Below, piece by piece: positions 11,268 through 21,354 of a stretch of DNA of 64,000 nucleotides; position 1 is the stretch's first letter, and each line of letters begins with the position of its first letter. A program made the translations under genes and the position numbers. The stretch comes from Nitrospinales bacterium (GTDB lineage Bacteria > Nitrospinota > Nitrospinia > Nitrospinales > JAJDAT01), in contig JBHHYO010000003.1 of NCBI GenBank assembly GCA_046757665.1, positions 1 to 64,000 of the forward strand. Direction: 5' to 3'. The notes beneath the pieces were generated by a model. The model searched no databases and was not told the origin of the DNA. It saw nothing but the letters and a program-made list of their open reading frames with translations.

Positions 11268-11579
11268 ATGACAGACATCACCACGGAAAGCAATCTGAAA
11301 GCCGTTCTGGGAACCGGCGCCCGCAAGTTAAAAAGCCCAGGCCTGGGAACCGAAGGCGGCAAATCCTTCACCGATACGCTTGCCGAATCCCTCAACCGGG
11401 TCAACGAAATCCAGCAGGATGCCGACAAGGCCATCGAAAAACTCGTTTCCGGGAAAACCCAGAATATCCACGAAACCATGCTCGCCGTAGGAAAAGCCGA
11501 TATGGCCTTCCGGATGACCATGCAAGTGCGTAACAAAATTGTCGAAGCCTATCAGGAAGTCCTGCGAATGCAAGTTTAA
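11268..11579 (+). CDS. fliE: Flagellar hook-basal body protein FliE
   Basis: SFTDTLAESLNRVN, IHETMLAVGKA, QVRNKIVEAYQEVLRMQV. Confidence 0.95.
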   Translation: MTDITTESNLKAVLGTGARKLKSPGLGTEGGKSFTDTLAESLNRVNEIQQDADKAIEKLVSGKTQNIHETMLAVGKADMAFRMTMQVRNKIVEAYQEVLRMQV

Positions 11580-11613
11580 CCGTATCCATAAATCACAAAA
11601 AAAATCGCAAGCC

Positions 11614-11650
11614 AAAAAGCCCCGTGGGACTTCCCAGGGGCTTTTTTTTG
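11614..11650 (+). terminator. Rho-independent terminator after fliE
   Basis: AAAAAGCCCC-gTGGGA/TCCCA-GGGGC followed by a T8 tract. Confidence 0.8.
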
Positions 11651-11670
11651 TGGGATAATTTTCTTCTGGG

Positions 11671-11699
11671 TTGACAACTTTATGGAAGCAACACATATT
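11671..11699 (+). promoter_or_regulatory. sigma70-like promoter for the His-rich protein pair
   Basis: TTGACA, 17 bp, CATATT. Confidence 0.55.
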
Positions 11700-11813
11700 T
11701 GAGTTTTACGGAAATTTCCCGCGGCCCGCGCTTTCCTCCGTGGCGGGCCGCCGTGCGGAGCGTTTTTTTAAAACGATCTGTTTTTTTAAAGACCTTTAAA
11801 TCCCGGAGGTCTC

Positions 11814-12287
11814 ATGAAAACATTCATGAAAGTATTAATGTGTAGCAGTCTGGTTTTAGGATATGCGGCAATCCTGCCATTGCTGGCGGCGGCTTCCGGC
11901 GAGCTGTCGGACTTGGACCGGCACGCCAAAAGGGGCATACAGCATGGTCAGAGAGGGTTTGTTCATTTTCAGGAGATGATTGCGCAATTGCAATACATCC
12001 AGAAAAAGCGGGCCGAGCAAGCCGGAGCGAAGGAAGACAAGGGGGATGAGGAACTTGCCCTGGCCCTGAGACACGCCAAGGAGGCCTTTGTGCATTATGC
12101 CGAGGCGTTGCGGATTGCCGGGCAATCGTTCGGGTTTTTCGACAAAAGCGCCCTGGAGAAGCATGGCGGCGTCCCCCATGAAGAAACAGAGAACGTGGCG
12201 CGCAAGGAAGTTTTCAAGCCGGTTCCCATGCCGGTGCGGCCCCAGCGCTCGAGAGCGGGCGGCCCCTTGTTGAAGGACGGCTCCTGA
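11814..12287 (+). CDS. Exported His-patterned helical protein (SmbP-like), paralog 1
   Basis: GGAGG RBS, signal peptide, HAKRGIQH / LRHAKEAFVHYAEAL. Confidence 0.7.
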   Translation: MKTFMKVLMCSSLVLGYAAILPLLAAASGELSDLDRHAKRGIQHGQRGFVHFQEMIAQLQYIQKKRAEQAGAKEDKGDEELALALRHAKEAFVHYAEALRIAGQSFGFFDKSALEKHGGVPHEETENVARKEVFKPVPMPVRPQRSRAGGPLLKDGS

Positions 12288-12308
12288 ACCCTTGAAGAGG
12301 AATGCGTA

Positions 12309-12683
12309 ATGAAAACGCGGACACGTTTTGCGGCGGTCCTGGGGTGCGCGGCGATTTTCGCCCTGTTGTACACCGGCCCCGTCTGGGCACAGGCGAAAGG
12401 CCATGCCAGCGTCGGCCTGGGACACGGCGAGGAGGGCTTGCATCACCTGGAGGAAATGATCCGGCATCTGGAGTTCAGCCTGAACGTTCCCGACGCCAGC
12501 CCCCAGTTGAAAACCCACAGCGCCGAGGCCTTGAACCACGCCCGGGAAGCCTTGAAACATTATGATGAGGCCCTGCGCCATGCGTCGGAATCCCTGGGCC
12601 GCCCCGTCAGGCGGGCCGAAGGTTCGGGAGGGCCTGCTTCCGGAATAACCCCGGACGGATACCTCGACGAGGGATCCCACTGA
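12309..12683 (+). CDS. Exported small metal-binding protein (SmbP-like), paralog 2
   Basis: Signal peptide; heptad His pattern HSAEALNHAREALKHYDEALRH. Confidence 0.75.
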   Translation: MKTRTRFAAVLGCAAIFALLYTGPVWAQAKGHASVGLGHGEEGLHHLEEMIRHLEFSLNVPDASPQLKTHSAEALNHAREALKHYDEALRHASESLGRPVRRAEGSGGPASGITPDGYLDEGSH

Positions 12684-12746
12684 CGCACGACGACACTGCC
12701 TCTGCGACGAAAAACCTCTGGCCGCGCGCGAATCCGGCGGGCATCG

Positions 12747-13691
12747 TTATCGCTCCACCGGCAGGGACCGGTGGGCGCTCCAGTCCCACCAGGAGCCGTC
12801 ATAATTGCGCACGTTGAACCCCAGGTAGCGGAAAACGAAGAACGCCATTCCGGACCGCACCCCGCCGGTGCAGTAAACAACAACATCCCGGTCGCGGCGA
12901 ATACCGTACCCTTTCAGCAAATCCAGCAAGGCCGAACGATTTTTCAGCAATCCCCGGCTGGTGAAGAACGCACGCCAGTCGATGTGAATCGCTCCCGGGA
13001 TGTGCCCCCCCCGCGGGGAACCGTAAGGCGTCGCGCCCTCAAATTCCTTGTGGTCCCGGTTGTCGACAAGCGCCAGCGCGGGCGATCCAAGCCGTTGTAA
13101 AATCCAGTCCCGGTCGGCGGCGACGCTGGAGTCAAACCGGATATCCTCCGGCATCAGCGACGAAGGCACGTCAACCCGCGCACCGCCGCGCTCCACGGCG
13201 CCCCCAGCCTTCAGCCACGCATCGTAGCCGCCTTCCAGGAGAAACACTTTTTCAAACCCGAAATAGCGGAACATCCAGAAAAAGCGGCCGTCGGTGCGCC
13301 AAAGCTCTTCCGGGTCGCCATAAACAATCAGCATTTTGCCGTGATCGATCCCCAGAGGGCGGAGTTTGCCGGCGATCCATTTGCGGTCCCGGATCAACAA
13401 CCCCGGCACACCGTCGCGGGCGCGGGTAAATTCCCGCCAGTCGCTCAAATTCACCGCGCCGGGGATGTGTCCCAAAAAAAACTTGAAGGACGACCGGGTG
13501 TCGATCAAAACCACATCTTCCGGAGGCAGGTTCCGCAACGAGTCGGCCCGCATCAGCGGGCTCGCCGGCGCCGGGTTTGAGGCCCACGAAACAGGCTGTG
13601 CCCACACCGCCGCGGCAAGAAAAACCGGCAAAAAAACGGCGGTAATTTTTCTTGACAAGCCGTTGCCGGCGCTTGTAAAATGCCCCCTCAT
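12747..13691 (-). CDS. Exported tandem-rhodanese sulfurtransferase
   Basis: GHIPGA twice, LEGGYDAW, catalytic CTGGVRS, YDGSWWDW; signal peptide. Confidence 0.92.
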   Translation of the reverse strand: MRGHFTSAGNGLSRKITAVFLPVFLAAAVWAQPVSWASNPAPASPLMRADSLRNLPPEDVVLIDTRSSFKFFLGHIPGAVNLSDWREFTRARDGVPGLLIRDRKWIAGKLRPLGIDHGKMLIVYGDPEELWRTDGRFFWMFRYFGFEKVFLLEGGYDAWLKAGGAVERGGARVDVPSSLMPEDIRFDSSVAADRDWILQRLGSPALALVDNRDHKEFEGATPYGSPRGGHIPGAIHIDWRAFFTSRGLLKNRSALLDLLKGYGIRRDRDVVVYCTGGVRSGMAFFVFRYLGFNVRNYDGSWWDWSAHRSLPVER

Positions 13692-13974
13692 TTTGCAACC
13701 AATCCTCCATAAAATCGCGGCCCGCGAGCCTGCGGTTTTGGGGACATATGTGGAATCGAAAGGATTTTAGTTCTTTCCTTCCGCCAATCCCTAGTGATAT
13801 TATATCCTAATCAAAACCCAAAAAAAGGATCTACAGAAAGACTACCTCGGTTGCCCGGCCAACCGGCGGGGATTATCGACGACACAAGCTTTTGATGTCG
13901 AACGATTCGGCAACAAGCGGAAATCAATCTTCCGCGGACACTCAATTTCAACCACCAAAAAACTGTGAGGAGCT

Positions 13975-14907
13975 ATGACGGCCAACGACAAGGATAAAGA
14001 AAAGGAATCCACCGAACAAACCGACGCCGAAAGGTTAGAGGCCATTAAGAGGGAAGAAGAAGCGGCAAGCGCTTATTACGGGCAGGCCGAAACGGAGCAA
14101 GAAGCTTCCGCCGATGATCTCTACAAGCCTCTGCCTGAAATCGACGACGAAAAAGAGGAAATGAGCTTTTTGAAAACCGTGGCGTTCCTCGGTTTCGGAC
14201 TGGCCGCCTTGGCCATCGTTTTTATCCTTTTCTTCATGCGCGACCTGGACGAGCGCGTGGTGAACATGAACTCCGCCGTCGCCAAACTGGACGAAAAAAT
14301 CGAACCGTTCAAAAAAGAGGTTAAAGAAACCGTCGATAAAATCGGCTCGGACGTTGCCCGCCTGGAAGGCAAGCTCGGCAATTACGAACGCACCCAGGCC
14401 ATTCTGGCGCTGAAGCGGGCATTGATTACCGTTAAAGAAATCACCTCGGAAGCCAATCCGGAAGTGCAATCCAAGTCGGGTGCCGTTGTAGCCGGCATTC
14501 AAGCGCTGTTGCAGGAGCTGGGCGGCGAGCCTTCCACTGCGCCTGCGACGGCCCAGCCCGCGCCCGCCGAGGCGCCGCCGTCTGCCGAAACCGCCGCGCC
14601 ACCGGCCGCTGAGCAAGCTGTCGAAACCGCTCCCGTTGAAGAAACAGCCCCCGCCGAGACGGCCCCTGCTGAAAGCGCCGTTGAGGAAGAACCAGCCGCC
14701 GAGCAACCGGCCGCTCAAGAAGACACTGTTGAAAGCGAAGCCACCGAGGAACATGGGGAAACCGCCGCCGAGGAGCAAGGGGAAGCCGCGGAACATGAGT
14801 CCGAAACCAATGTCGGCGAAATTGAATTGAGCTCGGATCAGGACGCCCCGGCGGAAACAACCGAAAGCGAGGCCGATGGCGGCGAGGAGTTAATTGAAGA
14901 CGAATAA
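13975..14907 (+). CDS. Single-pass membrane protein with coiled coil and long acidic Ala/Glu/Pro tail
   Basis: GAGGAG RBS, one TM, low-complexity C terminus. Confidence 0.75.
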   Translation: MTANDKDKEKESTEQTDAERLEAIKREEEAASAYYGQAETEQEASADDLYKPLPEIDDEKEEMSFLKTVAFLGFGLAALAIVFILFFMRDLDERVVNMNSAVAKLDEKIEPFKKEVKETVDKIGSDVARLEGKLGNYERTQAILALKRALITVKEITSEANPEVQSKSGAVVAGIQALLQELGGEPSTAPATAQPAPAEAPPSAETAAPPAAEQAVETAPVEETAPAETAPAESAVEEEPAAEQPAAQEDTVESEATEEHGETAAEEQGEAAEHESETNVGEIELSSDQDAPAETTESEADGGEELIEDE

Positions 14908-14953
14908 TGGCGAAATTTCGGATGCAAAAAAACCCGGCGGCCCACGATCCTCC

Positions 14954-15247
14954 ATGCCTGCCTTAAAATTTATTCTGTCAATTTGCCTGCTGATCCTGAT
15001 CGTCGCGTTCGCGGTTAAAAACACCGTTTCCGTGCCCCTTCATTACTACGACTACCAATTCAGGACACACACGGTCAAACTGCCCCTGTTGCTGGTGGTG
15101 CTGATTTCATTGTTCACGGGGTTTTTGACCGCCTGGGGCGTTGGGGTCTTCAAGCAGATGAAATTGAAGTCGCAGTTGAGAAAACAAAACAAAACGATCC
15201 GCCGGCTGAGCGGGGAACTGGAAAAACACAAATCCAGGGAAACCTGA
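14954..15247 (+). CDS. LapA / DUF1049 family membrane protein
   Basis: AFAVKN...V.L.Y...LPLLLVVL...GFL, basic coiled tail. Confidence 0.75.
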   Translation: MPALKFILSICLLILIVAFAVKNTVSVPLHYYDYQFRTHTVKLPLLLVVLISLFTGFLTAWGVGVFKQMKLKSQLRKQNKTIRRLSGELEKHKSRET

Positions 15248-15440
15248 CGTTCCCCAAACCTTCCCACCCTACCTTTCAAACGGTTTTTTGTCCCATTCCC
15301 ACCCGGCGGATAACCGCCGTTGTTCCACCCCGAGCCAGGCAAGTCCCCACCAAAAAATTGAATGGAAACCCTCCGAACAAACCGATATAATTTTTCTAAG
15401 CTCCTCGGTGTAACAATTCTACTCACTCGGCAATAAAAAA

Positions 15441-18266
15441 ATGATGGCATCCCTCGAACGCTTGAGCAAAACCCTGCAAAATTTCGGCAAGGAAAACCTG
15501 TCGGATATCATGCACTTCACAGCTACGGGCCTGAAGACCATTTTCAAATGCAAAATGGTGCGCATTTATCTGGAGGACCTGTACGAAGGGATGCTTATTT
15601 GCCAATACGTCACAGGTCAAAACCAAACGGGGAAAAACCGGATCACGCAGTATGTCTCACCGCGAACCTCGATCATTTCGCGGGCATTTTGCGAAAACCA
15701 CGCCATTTTATCCTGGAAGCCGTCGGAGAGTTTCCCCAAGGGGCCTTTTGAAAAGTTGTCCGGCATAAACGCTTCCGCGGCCTTTCCCATTCTTTTTCAA
15801 TTGCACCCCATCGGAGTGGTAAGCCTGGATTGGGAAAAAAGCGGAGAATTTCTGACTCCGCCGCAAATCGAACGGGTGCAATCTTTTTTAATCGACAACG
15901 GAGCGGTGATTGACCGGGCCAAGCGGTTTCATCAGAAGATAAATTTTTCCAAGCACCTGGACCTGGCGCGCAAAAAAGAAGCCGCCTGGATGATGTTGCG
16001 CTCCGCCGTCAAGCTGATCGACAAGCTGAGCCTGGCATCCGTTCTGGTTCCGGTTTCGCCGAAAAGCTCCTGGATTCCCGGCGAAGCGCCCACGGACATG
16101 GTGGAGGTTCTGGCGGCCTACTCGAAAAACGAAGAAGACGCTTTTATCTACAGCACCAAGGACAAGATGAGCGTCTTGAACGATCAAAACCTGATCAACC
16201 GGGTTTTAAACTACGACCCGGTCCAGGGGCTGGTGGCCCGCGAGGCCGGGCAACGTCCGGTGTACATCGAAAACGTGATGGACGAAAAGTTCACGCGCAA
16301 ATCCCTGGCCCGGAAAATCGACCTGGTGTCGCTTTATCAAGTTCCCAAATTCGATAAAAAATCCGGCCGGTTCATTTGCACCGTCAACTATTACACCAAC
16401 GCCCCGCACCATTTCAACCCGTTTGAAAAAAGGCTCCTGGAGGAACATGCCTCCATGGTGAAAAAACTGATTCTGGAAGAGGGGCAAGCGCGTGTGGAAA
16501 TCCAGGTGCTGAGTGAAATCGAGGAACTGCTGTCCGCCCGGGACGATTCCCTGCAATCCTTTTTGAACAAGATCCTCGACAAGACGTCCGAACTCCTGGG
16601 AGCCGACAGCGGCACAATCTCCATCATGAAACACCTTGACGGCAAACCCTGGCTGGTGGTGGAGGAGGACTCGGGGAAAATCGTCGGAGCAAAATCCCAC
16701 GGCTGGAAAAAAAACAAAATCCCGCCCCTGGCCGTCGGCGGCGAGGAAATCCCGAAAGAACAGCGCTCCCTGACAGGCTATTGCGCCCATACCGCCCGGC
16801 CGGTGCTTGTGAAAGATGTGTCGGACCCCGCGCAAACCCTGGGCTTCTACAAAAACCTGTCCTCGTCCATCCGGGCGGAGCTGGCGGTGCCTCTCATTTC
16901 CGGCAACAACGTTTTGGGCGTCATCAACCAGGACAGTTTGCAAAAGCACTATTTCACCAAGGAGCATCAGGATATCCTGCAAATCATCGCCCAGCTCATC
17001 AGCCAGAAGATGGCCACCCTCATCCGCATCGAGGACCTGAAACAGGAAATCAATTATCTGACCCGGGACATCGAATACCGCGACCCCAAGGTGTCCTCAT
17101 ATTATTTCGGCAACGTCATCGGCAAGAGCGAGGAGATCAACACCCTGGTGAGCCAGATCGACACGGTGGCGGAATCCATCTGCAACCGCATGTTGCGCTG
17201 GGAGAGCAGTCACCAGCGGGAAACGCTGACCGGGCTTCCCTCGCTGTTGCTCACGGGCAAGACGGGAACGGGCAAGGAATTTTTTTTCAACAACATTTAT
17301 TCCCGCCTGACGGAAATTTTTGAAAAGGAAAAAGGCGGCCAGTTCGAGTTGCCGCTCAAAAAAACCAACATCGCCGCCTACAGCGGCGAACTGACGTACA
17401 GCGAGCTTTTCGGCCATAAAAAGGGCGCTTTCACCGGCGCCGCATCGAACCGCCGCGGCATCTTTGAAGAAGCCAACGGCGGCGTGGTGTTTCTCGACGA
17501 GATCGGCGACGCCGACCCCAAAACCCAGGTGCAGTTACTGCGATTCCTGGACACCGGCGTTTTCATGCGGCTGGGGGAGAACGAACCGCGGTACTCCCGA
17601 ATCTTTCTGGTTGCCGCCACCAACAAAAACCTGCTGGACGAAATCGACAAGGGATTGTTCCGCGAAGACCTTTACCATCGCCTGAACGAACTGAGCTTCC
17701 ACATTCCTTCCCTGAACAAACGCAAGGAGGACATCGAAGACCTGGCCGTTCATTTTCTCGGAAAACTGTTCCACACCTATCGGAAGAAAAACACGGACGA
17801 ACCCAAGCCGTATCTGGGAAAGGACGCGATCGACTACCTGAAATCCCACCATTACCGCGGCAACGTCCGGGAGTTGAAGAACATTCTCCTGCGCGCCCTG
17901 CTGTTCCGGGACGGCCCTGCCTTGACCCGCGACAACATCATGATGGCCTGCCGCGTCAAGGAAAAACACACCGCATCGGAACCCGATTTTTCTCCGCACC
18001 ACATCGCCGAAAAGATACTGGACAAACTGGAAACGGGCGAAAGCAATTTCTGGGCGGAAGTACACCGTCCGTTCAAAAACAACGACCTGACACGGGACAC
18101 GGTGAAAACCCTCATCCACGCCGCCAAATCCAGGTACCGCACCAACCTGCCCGGCCTGGCCGTCAAACTGCGGGCTTGCGACAACCATATCGACCCGCCG
18201 GAAAAACAAAAATTCGTCAGCTTTAAAAATTTTCTCTATAAAACCGTGAAATTCAGCGATAATTGA
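15441..18266 (+). CDS. Multi-GAF sigma54-dependent enhancer-binding protein
   Basis: Walker A GKTGTGKE, SELFGHKKGAFTGA, FLDEIGD, FREDLYHRL, GNVRELKN; N-terminal GAF-like segments. Confidence 0.92.
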   Translation: MMASLERLSKTLQNFGKENLSDIMHFTATGLKTIFKCKMVRIYLEDLYEGMLICQYVTGQNQTGKNRITQYVSPRTSIISRAFCENHAILSWKPSESFPKGPFEKLSGINASAAFPILFQLHPIGVVSLDWEKSGEFLTPPQIERVQSFLIDNGAVIDRAKRFHQKINFSKHLDLARKKEAAWMMLRSAVKLIDKLSLASVLVPVSPKSSWIPGEAPTDMVEVLAAYSKNEEDAFIYSTKDKMSVLNDQNLINRVLNYDPVQGLVAREAGQRPVYIENVMDEKFTRKSLARKIDLVSLYQVPKFDKKSGRFICTVNYYTNAPHHFNPFEKRLLEEHASMVKKLILEEGQARVEIQVLSEIEELLSARDDSLQSFLNKILDKTSELLGADSGTISIMKHLDGKPWLVVEEDSGKIVGAKSHGWKKNKIPPLAVGGEEIPKEQRSLTGYCAHTARPVLVKDVSDPAQTLGFYKNLSSSIRAELAVPLISGNNVLGVINQDSLQKHYFTKEHQDILQIIAQLISQKMATLIRIEDLKQEINYLTRDIEYRDPKVSSYYFGNVIGKSEEINTLVSQIDTVAESICNRMLRWESSHQRETLTGLPSLLLTGKTGTGKEFFFNNIYSRLTEIFEKEKGGQFELPLKKTNIAAYSGELTYSELFGHKKGAFTGAASNRRGIFEEANGGVVFLDEIGDADPKTQVQLLRFLDTGVFMRLGENEPRYSRIFLVAATNKNLLDEIDKGLFREDLYHRLNELSFHIPSLNKRKEDIEDLAVHFLGKLFHTYRKKNTDEPKPYLGKDAIDYLKSHHYRGNVRELKNILLRALLFRDGPALTRDNIMMACRVKEKHTASEPDFSPHHIAEKILDKLETGESNFWAEVHRPFKNNDLTRDTVKTLIHAAKSRYRTNLPGLAVKLRACDNHIDPPEKQKFVSFKNFLYKTVKFSDN

Positions 18267-18307
18267 TTTTTACTTCTTGCTGATCCTTTTTCCAGGAAAG
18301 AAGAACT

Positions 18308-18709
18308 ATGGAATTCCTCACTTGGACCCTGGTTGCGGTCCTGGCGGCCCTGGCGGGGCTGAATTATTTCAAGACCCGTCAACTGGAACGGCAGATCATT
18401 TTAAGCGTGGCCGCGGTCAACAATTTGACTTTCCAGTTCGATGAAATGACGGCGTTTCTGGAGACCCAGCTGGCGCGCGCCTATTACGACCAGTTGCAAC
18501 GCCGCGGCGGGCTGATTTTCCGCGGCGACACCCCGGTGGACGAGGCGCTCTCCCGCCCCGGCGCCCGCGAGGTGCTGATCGCGCAAAAACTGATCAAGAA
18601 AAAGCAGTCGGGCCCCTTCGCCACATCGCTCGCCGAACAGGCCGGGCAGGCCGGCATCTCCCTGGAGCGGGTGCTGATCGCCCTGAACAACCTGGAGGTT
18701 TCCTCGTGA
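18308..18709 (+). CDS. Hypothetical protein with N-terminal membrane anchor
   Basis: N-terminal TM; GTGA overlap with next gene. Confidence 0.7.
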   Translation: MEFLTWTLVAVLAALAGLNYFKTRQLERQIILSVAAVNNLTFQFDEMTAFLETQLARAYYDQLQRRGGLIFRGDTPVDEALSRPGAREVLIAQKLIKKKQSGPFATSLAEQAGQAGISLERVLIALNNLEVSS

Positions 18710-19197
18710 CGGCGGCGCTGTTTTCCTTCGCGGCCCTCGCGGTCCTGACGTTGTCCGTCATGAAAACGTCCCGGCTGTTTCAGGAGTTTGAAACCCTGAA
18801 CAAGCAAATCGGCGGGTTGCGGGAGCAGTTCCAATCCACGCGCCTGCGCTTGAGAAAAAAAATCAACCGCCTGGTCGTTTTGCAAAAAGAGTCGGCTGGA
18901 GAAACCATCCCCACCGTAACGTTTCAAAAGCTGGGGAAAACCGTGAACGTCCTGTTTCCCGACGACACGATTTATTCCCTGGCCGAGGACGAGGGGTTCG
19001 GCCTGACCGGCACCTGCGAGGGCAACGGCGATTGCGCCCTCTGCGCCATCAGCATCGTGTCGGGGGCGGAAAACATCAGCCCCATGGAGGAGGAAGAAGC
19101 GGCGATTCTGAAACAGCTCGACCGTCCGGCAGGGTGCCGCCTGTCCTGCCAGGCCCACGTGAAAGGCGATATCGTCGTGAATTTCCTGGAACTGTGA
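18706..19197 (+). CDS. Membrane-anchored 2Fe-2S ferredoxin
   Basis: CEGNGDCALC...RLSCQ after an N-terminal TM and coiled coil. Confidence 0.85.
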   Translation: MTAALFSFAALAVLTLSVMKTSRLFQEFETLNKQIGGLREQFQSTRLRLRKKINRLVVLQKESAGETIPTVTFQKLGKTVNVLFPDDTIYSLAEDEGFGLTGTCEGNGDCALCAISIVSGAENISPMEEEEAAILKQLDRPAGCRLSCQAHVKGDIVVNFLEL

Positions 19198-19314
19198 AAT
19201 ATTAAAACTGGCGGCGGCGAGCAACATCGGCTAAAATTGACACGACGCGCCAATATCGTTCGCGCCATCCGTAAAACCGTTTTACCCAATCATTAAATCC
19301 TGGAAGGAGAAACC

Positions 19315-20625
19315 ATGCCCCCCACAGCGCTCGTCGCCGAAAAATTTAAAGTCAAGGACCTCTCTCTCGCCGACTGGGGCCGGGAGGAAATCATCCTGGC
19401 GGAAAAGGAAATGCCCGGCCTGATGGCCTTGCGGGAAAAATACGGCAAATCCAAGCCGTTGAAAGACGCCCGTATCGCGGGGTCCCTGCACATGACCATT
19501 CAGACCGCCGTGCTGATCGAAACCCTTATCGAACTGGGAGCGCGGGTGCGCTGGGCGTCGTGCAATATTTTCTCCACCCAGGACCACGCGGCGGCGGCCA
19601 TCGCCAAGGCGGGAATCCCCGTCTTCGCCTGGAAAGAGGAAACCGAGGAGGAATACTGGTGGTGCACCGGACAGACTCTTTTATTCGACGGCGGCCAGGG
19701 ACCCAACATGATCCTCGACGACGGCGGCGACCTGACTTTTCACGTGCACGAGCACCATCCGGAACTGCTTGCCGAAATCCGCGGCATCACCGAGGAAACC
19801 ACCACCGGCGTGCACAACCTCTATAAAATGCTGAACAAGGGAACGCTGAAAGTCCCGGCCATGAACGTCAACGACTCGGTCACCAAATCCAAATTCGACA
19901 ACCTGTACGGTTGCCGGGAATCGCTGGCGGACGGCATCAAGCGGGCGACGGACATCATGCTCGCCGGAAAAGTGGTGGTGGTCGCCGGGTACGGCGACGT
20001 CGGCAAGGGATGCGCCCAGTCGATGAAGTCCTACGGCGCCCGCGTCCTGGTCACGGAAATCGACCCCATCTGCGCCCTGCAAGCCGCGATGGAAGGCTAT
20101 GAAATCACCACCATGGAGGACGCGGCGAAAATCGGCGACATCTTCGTCACCACCACCGGTTGCCGGGACATCATCCGCATCGACCACATGGAAGCGATGA
20201 AGGATAACGCCATCGTCTGCAACATCGGCCATTTCGACGTGGAAATCCAGGTGGAGCCCTTGAACCGCTATCCCGGAATCAAAAAGCGCGTCGTCAAACC
20301 GCAGGTGGACAAGTACACGTTCCCGGACGGGCACAACATCATCCTGCTGGCGGAGGGGCGGCTGGTGAACCTCGGTTGCGCCACGGGGCATCCCTCGTTC
20401 GTCATGTCCAACTCCTTCACCAACCAGGTGCTGGCGCAAATCGAGCTGTTCAAGAACAAGTACGAAGTCGGCGTTTACATGTTGCCGAAACAACTCGACG
20501 AGGAAGTCGCCCGACTGCACCTGGAAAAACTCGGCGTCAAGCTGACCCGCCTGACCTCGGAACAGGCCGATTACCTGAACATCCCGGCCGACGGCCCCTA
20601 CAAGCCGGAGCATTACCGGTACTGA
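19315..20625 (+). CDS. ahcY: Adenosylhomocysteinase
   Basis: [59 protein letters not shown]. Confidence 0.98.
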   Translation: MPPTALVAEKFKVKDLSLADWGREEIILAEKEMPGLMALREKYGKSKPLKDARIAGSLHMTIQTAVLIETLIELGARVRWASCNIFSTQDHAAAAIAKAGIPVFAWKEETEEEYWWCTGQTLLFDGGQGPNMILDDGGDLTFHVHEHHPELLAEIRGITEETTTGVHNLYKMLNKGTLKVPAMNVNDSVTKSKFDNLYGCRESLADGIKRATDIMLAGKVVVVAGYGDVGKGCAQSMKSYGARVLVTEIDPICALQAAMEGYEITTMEDAAKIGDIFVTTTGCRDIIRIDHMEAMKDNAIVCNIGHFDVEIQVEPLNRYPGIKKRVVKPQVDKYTFPDGHNIILLAEGRLVNLGCATGHPSFVMSNSFTNQVLAQIELFKNKYEVGVYMLPKQLDEEVARLHLEKLGVKLTRLTSEQADYLNIPADGPYKPEHYRY

Positions 20626-20647
20626 CTAACGGAGACGGCGGGCTTGC

Positions 20648-20968
20648 TCAGGCCCGCGTCCAGAATTGGATGATCATCCCCCCGGCGACGATGAAGCCGC
20701 CGCCGACCAGCAGGGGAAGCGTGATTTTTTCCTGGAAAAACCAATACCCCGCCGCTTGGCTGGCTACGAAAAAGAGAACGATGTAGACGCCCATCATGCG
20801 GTTGAAATTCATGGGCGCCAGATTGATCAACGTGCCGTAGGCCGTCAACAAAGCCGCGCCGAGCAAAAGAAAATAGAAGGCGCCGTGAAGCCCCTTGCGA
20901 ATCAAGGCGTCGCCGCCGACCTCGAACGCCGAGGCAATAATCAAAAGAGACAAACTCAACCCGGACAT
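20648..20968 (-). CDS. Small 4-TM DMT/SMR-like (YnfA-like) membrane protein
   Basis: 106 aa, conserved FEVGGD in TM1, four hydrophobic helices. Confidence 0.7.
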   Translation of the reverse strand: MSGLSLSLLIIASAFEVGGDALIRKGLHGAFYFLLLGAALLTAYGTLINLAPMNFNRMMGVYIVLFFVASQAAGYWFFQEKITLPLLVGGGFIVAGGMIIQFWTRA

Positions 20969-21023
20969 AGCGTTTCCTTTATGAAGTTTTGCAGTTGCGA
21001 GGCGGGACGGGACAACATTCCCG

Positions 21024-21350
21024 TTAGCCTCGGGGATGGTCGTCACACTCGCGGACGGCGGCGCGGATCATCTCACTGGAAGGATAGCCCTTCGGAGTTC
21101 CATTCCACAGATAAATGCGGCATCCCCGGCCAAAATCGGCCGAGGCCCGCGCTTCTTTTTCAACGTCCCGCCCGTCAATGTGAATCGAGGGCGAGCCAAG
21201 AAACCGGCGCTCTACCGCCTGCTCGCCGGAAGTCACGTTGATCGTTTCCACCGGCGCGTCGATGCCTTCCTCCGCCAGAACCTGCCGCAGAAGTTCGAGG
21301 GCGGGTTCGTGGTTGGGACAACCGTCAAAATATAAAAACTCGATTTTCAT
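21024..21350 (-). CDS. Thioredoxin-like protein (DUF2703-like, mer-associated)
   Basis: LYFDGCPN, FLGSPSIHIDGRD, CRIY. Confidence 0.8.
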   Translation of the reverse strand: MKIEFLYFDGCPNHEPALELLRQVLAEEGIDAPVETINVTSGEQAVERRFLGSPSIHIDGRDVEKEARASADFGRGCRIYLWNGTPKGYPSSEMIRAAVRECDDHPRG

Positions 21351-21354
21351 GATA

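Noticed and set aside
13800-13970. Possible riboswitch in the leader of the acidic-tail gene
   Set aside because: Only weak hairpins; no match to a family I can recognise
19198-19314. SAH or SAM riboswitch upstream of ahcY
   Set aside because: No recognisable conserved riboswitch core
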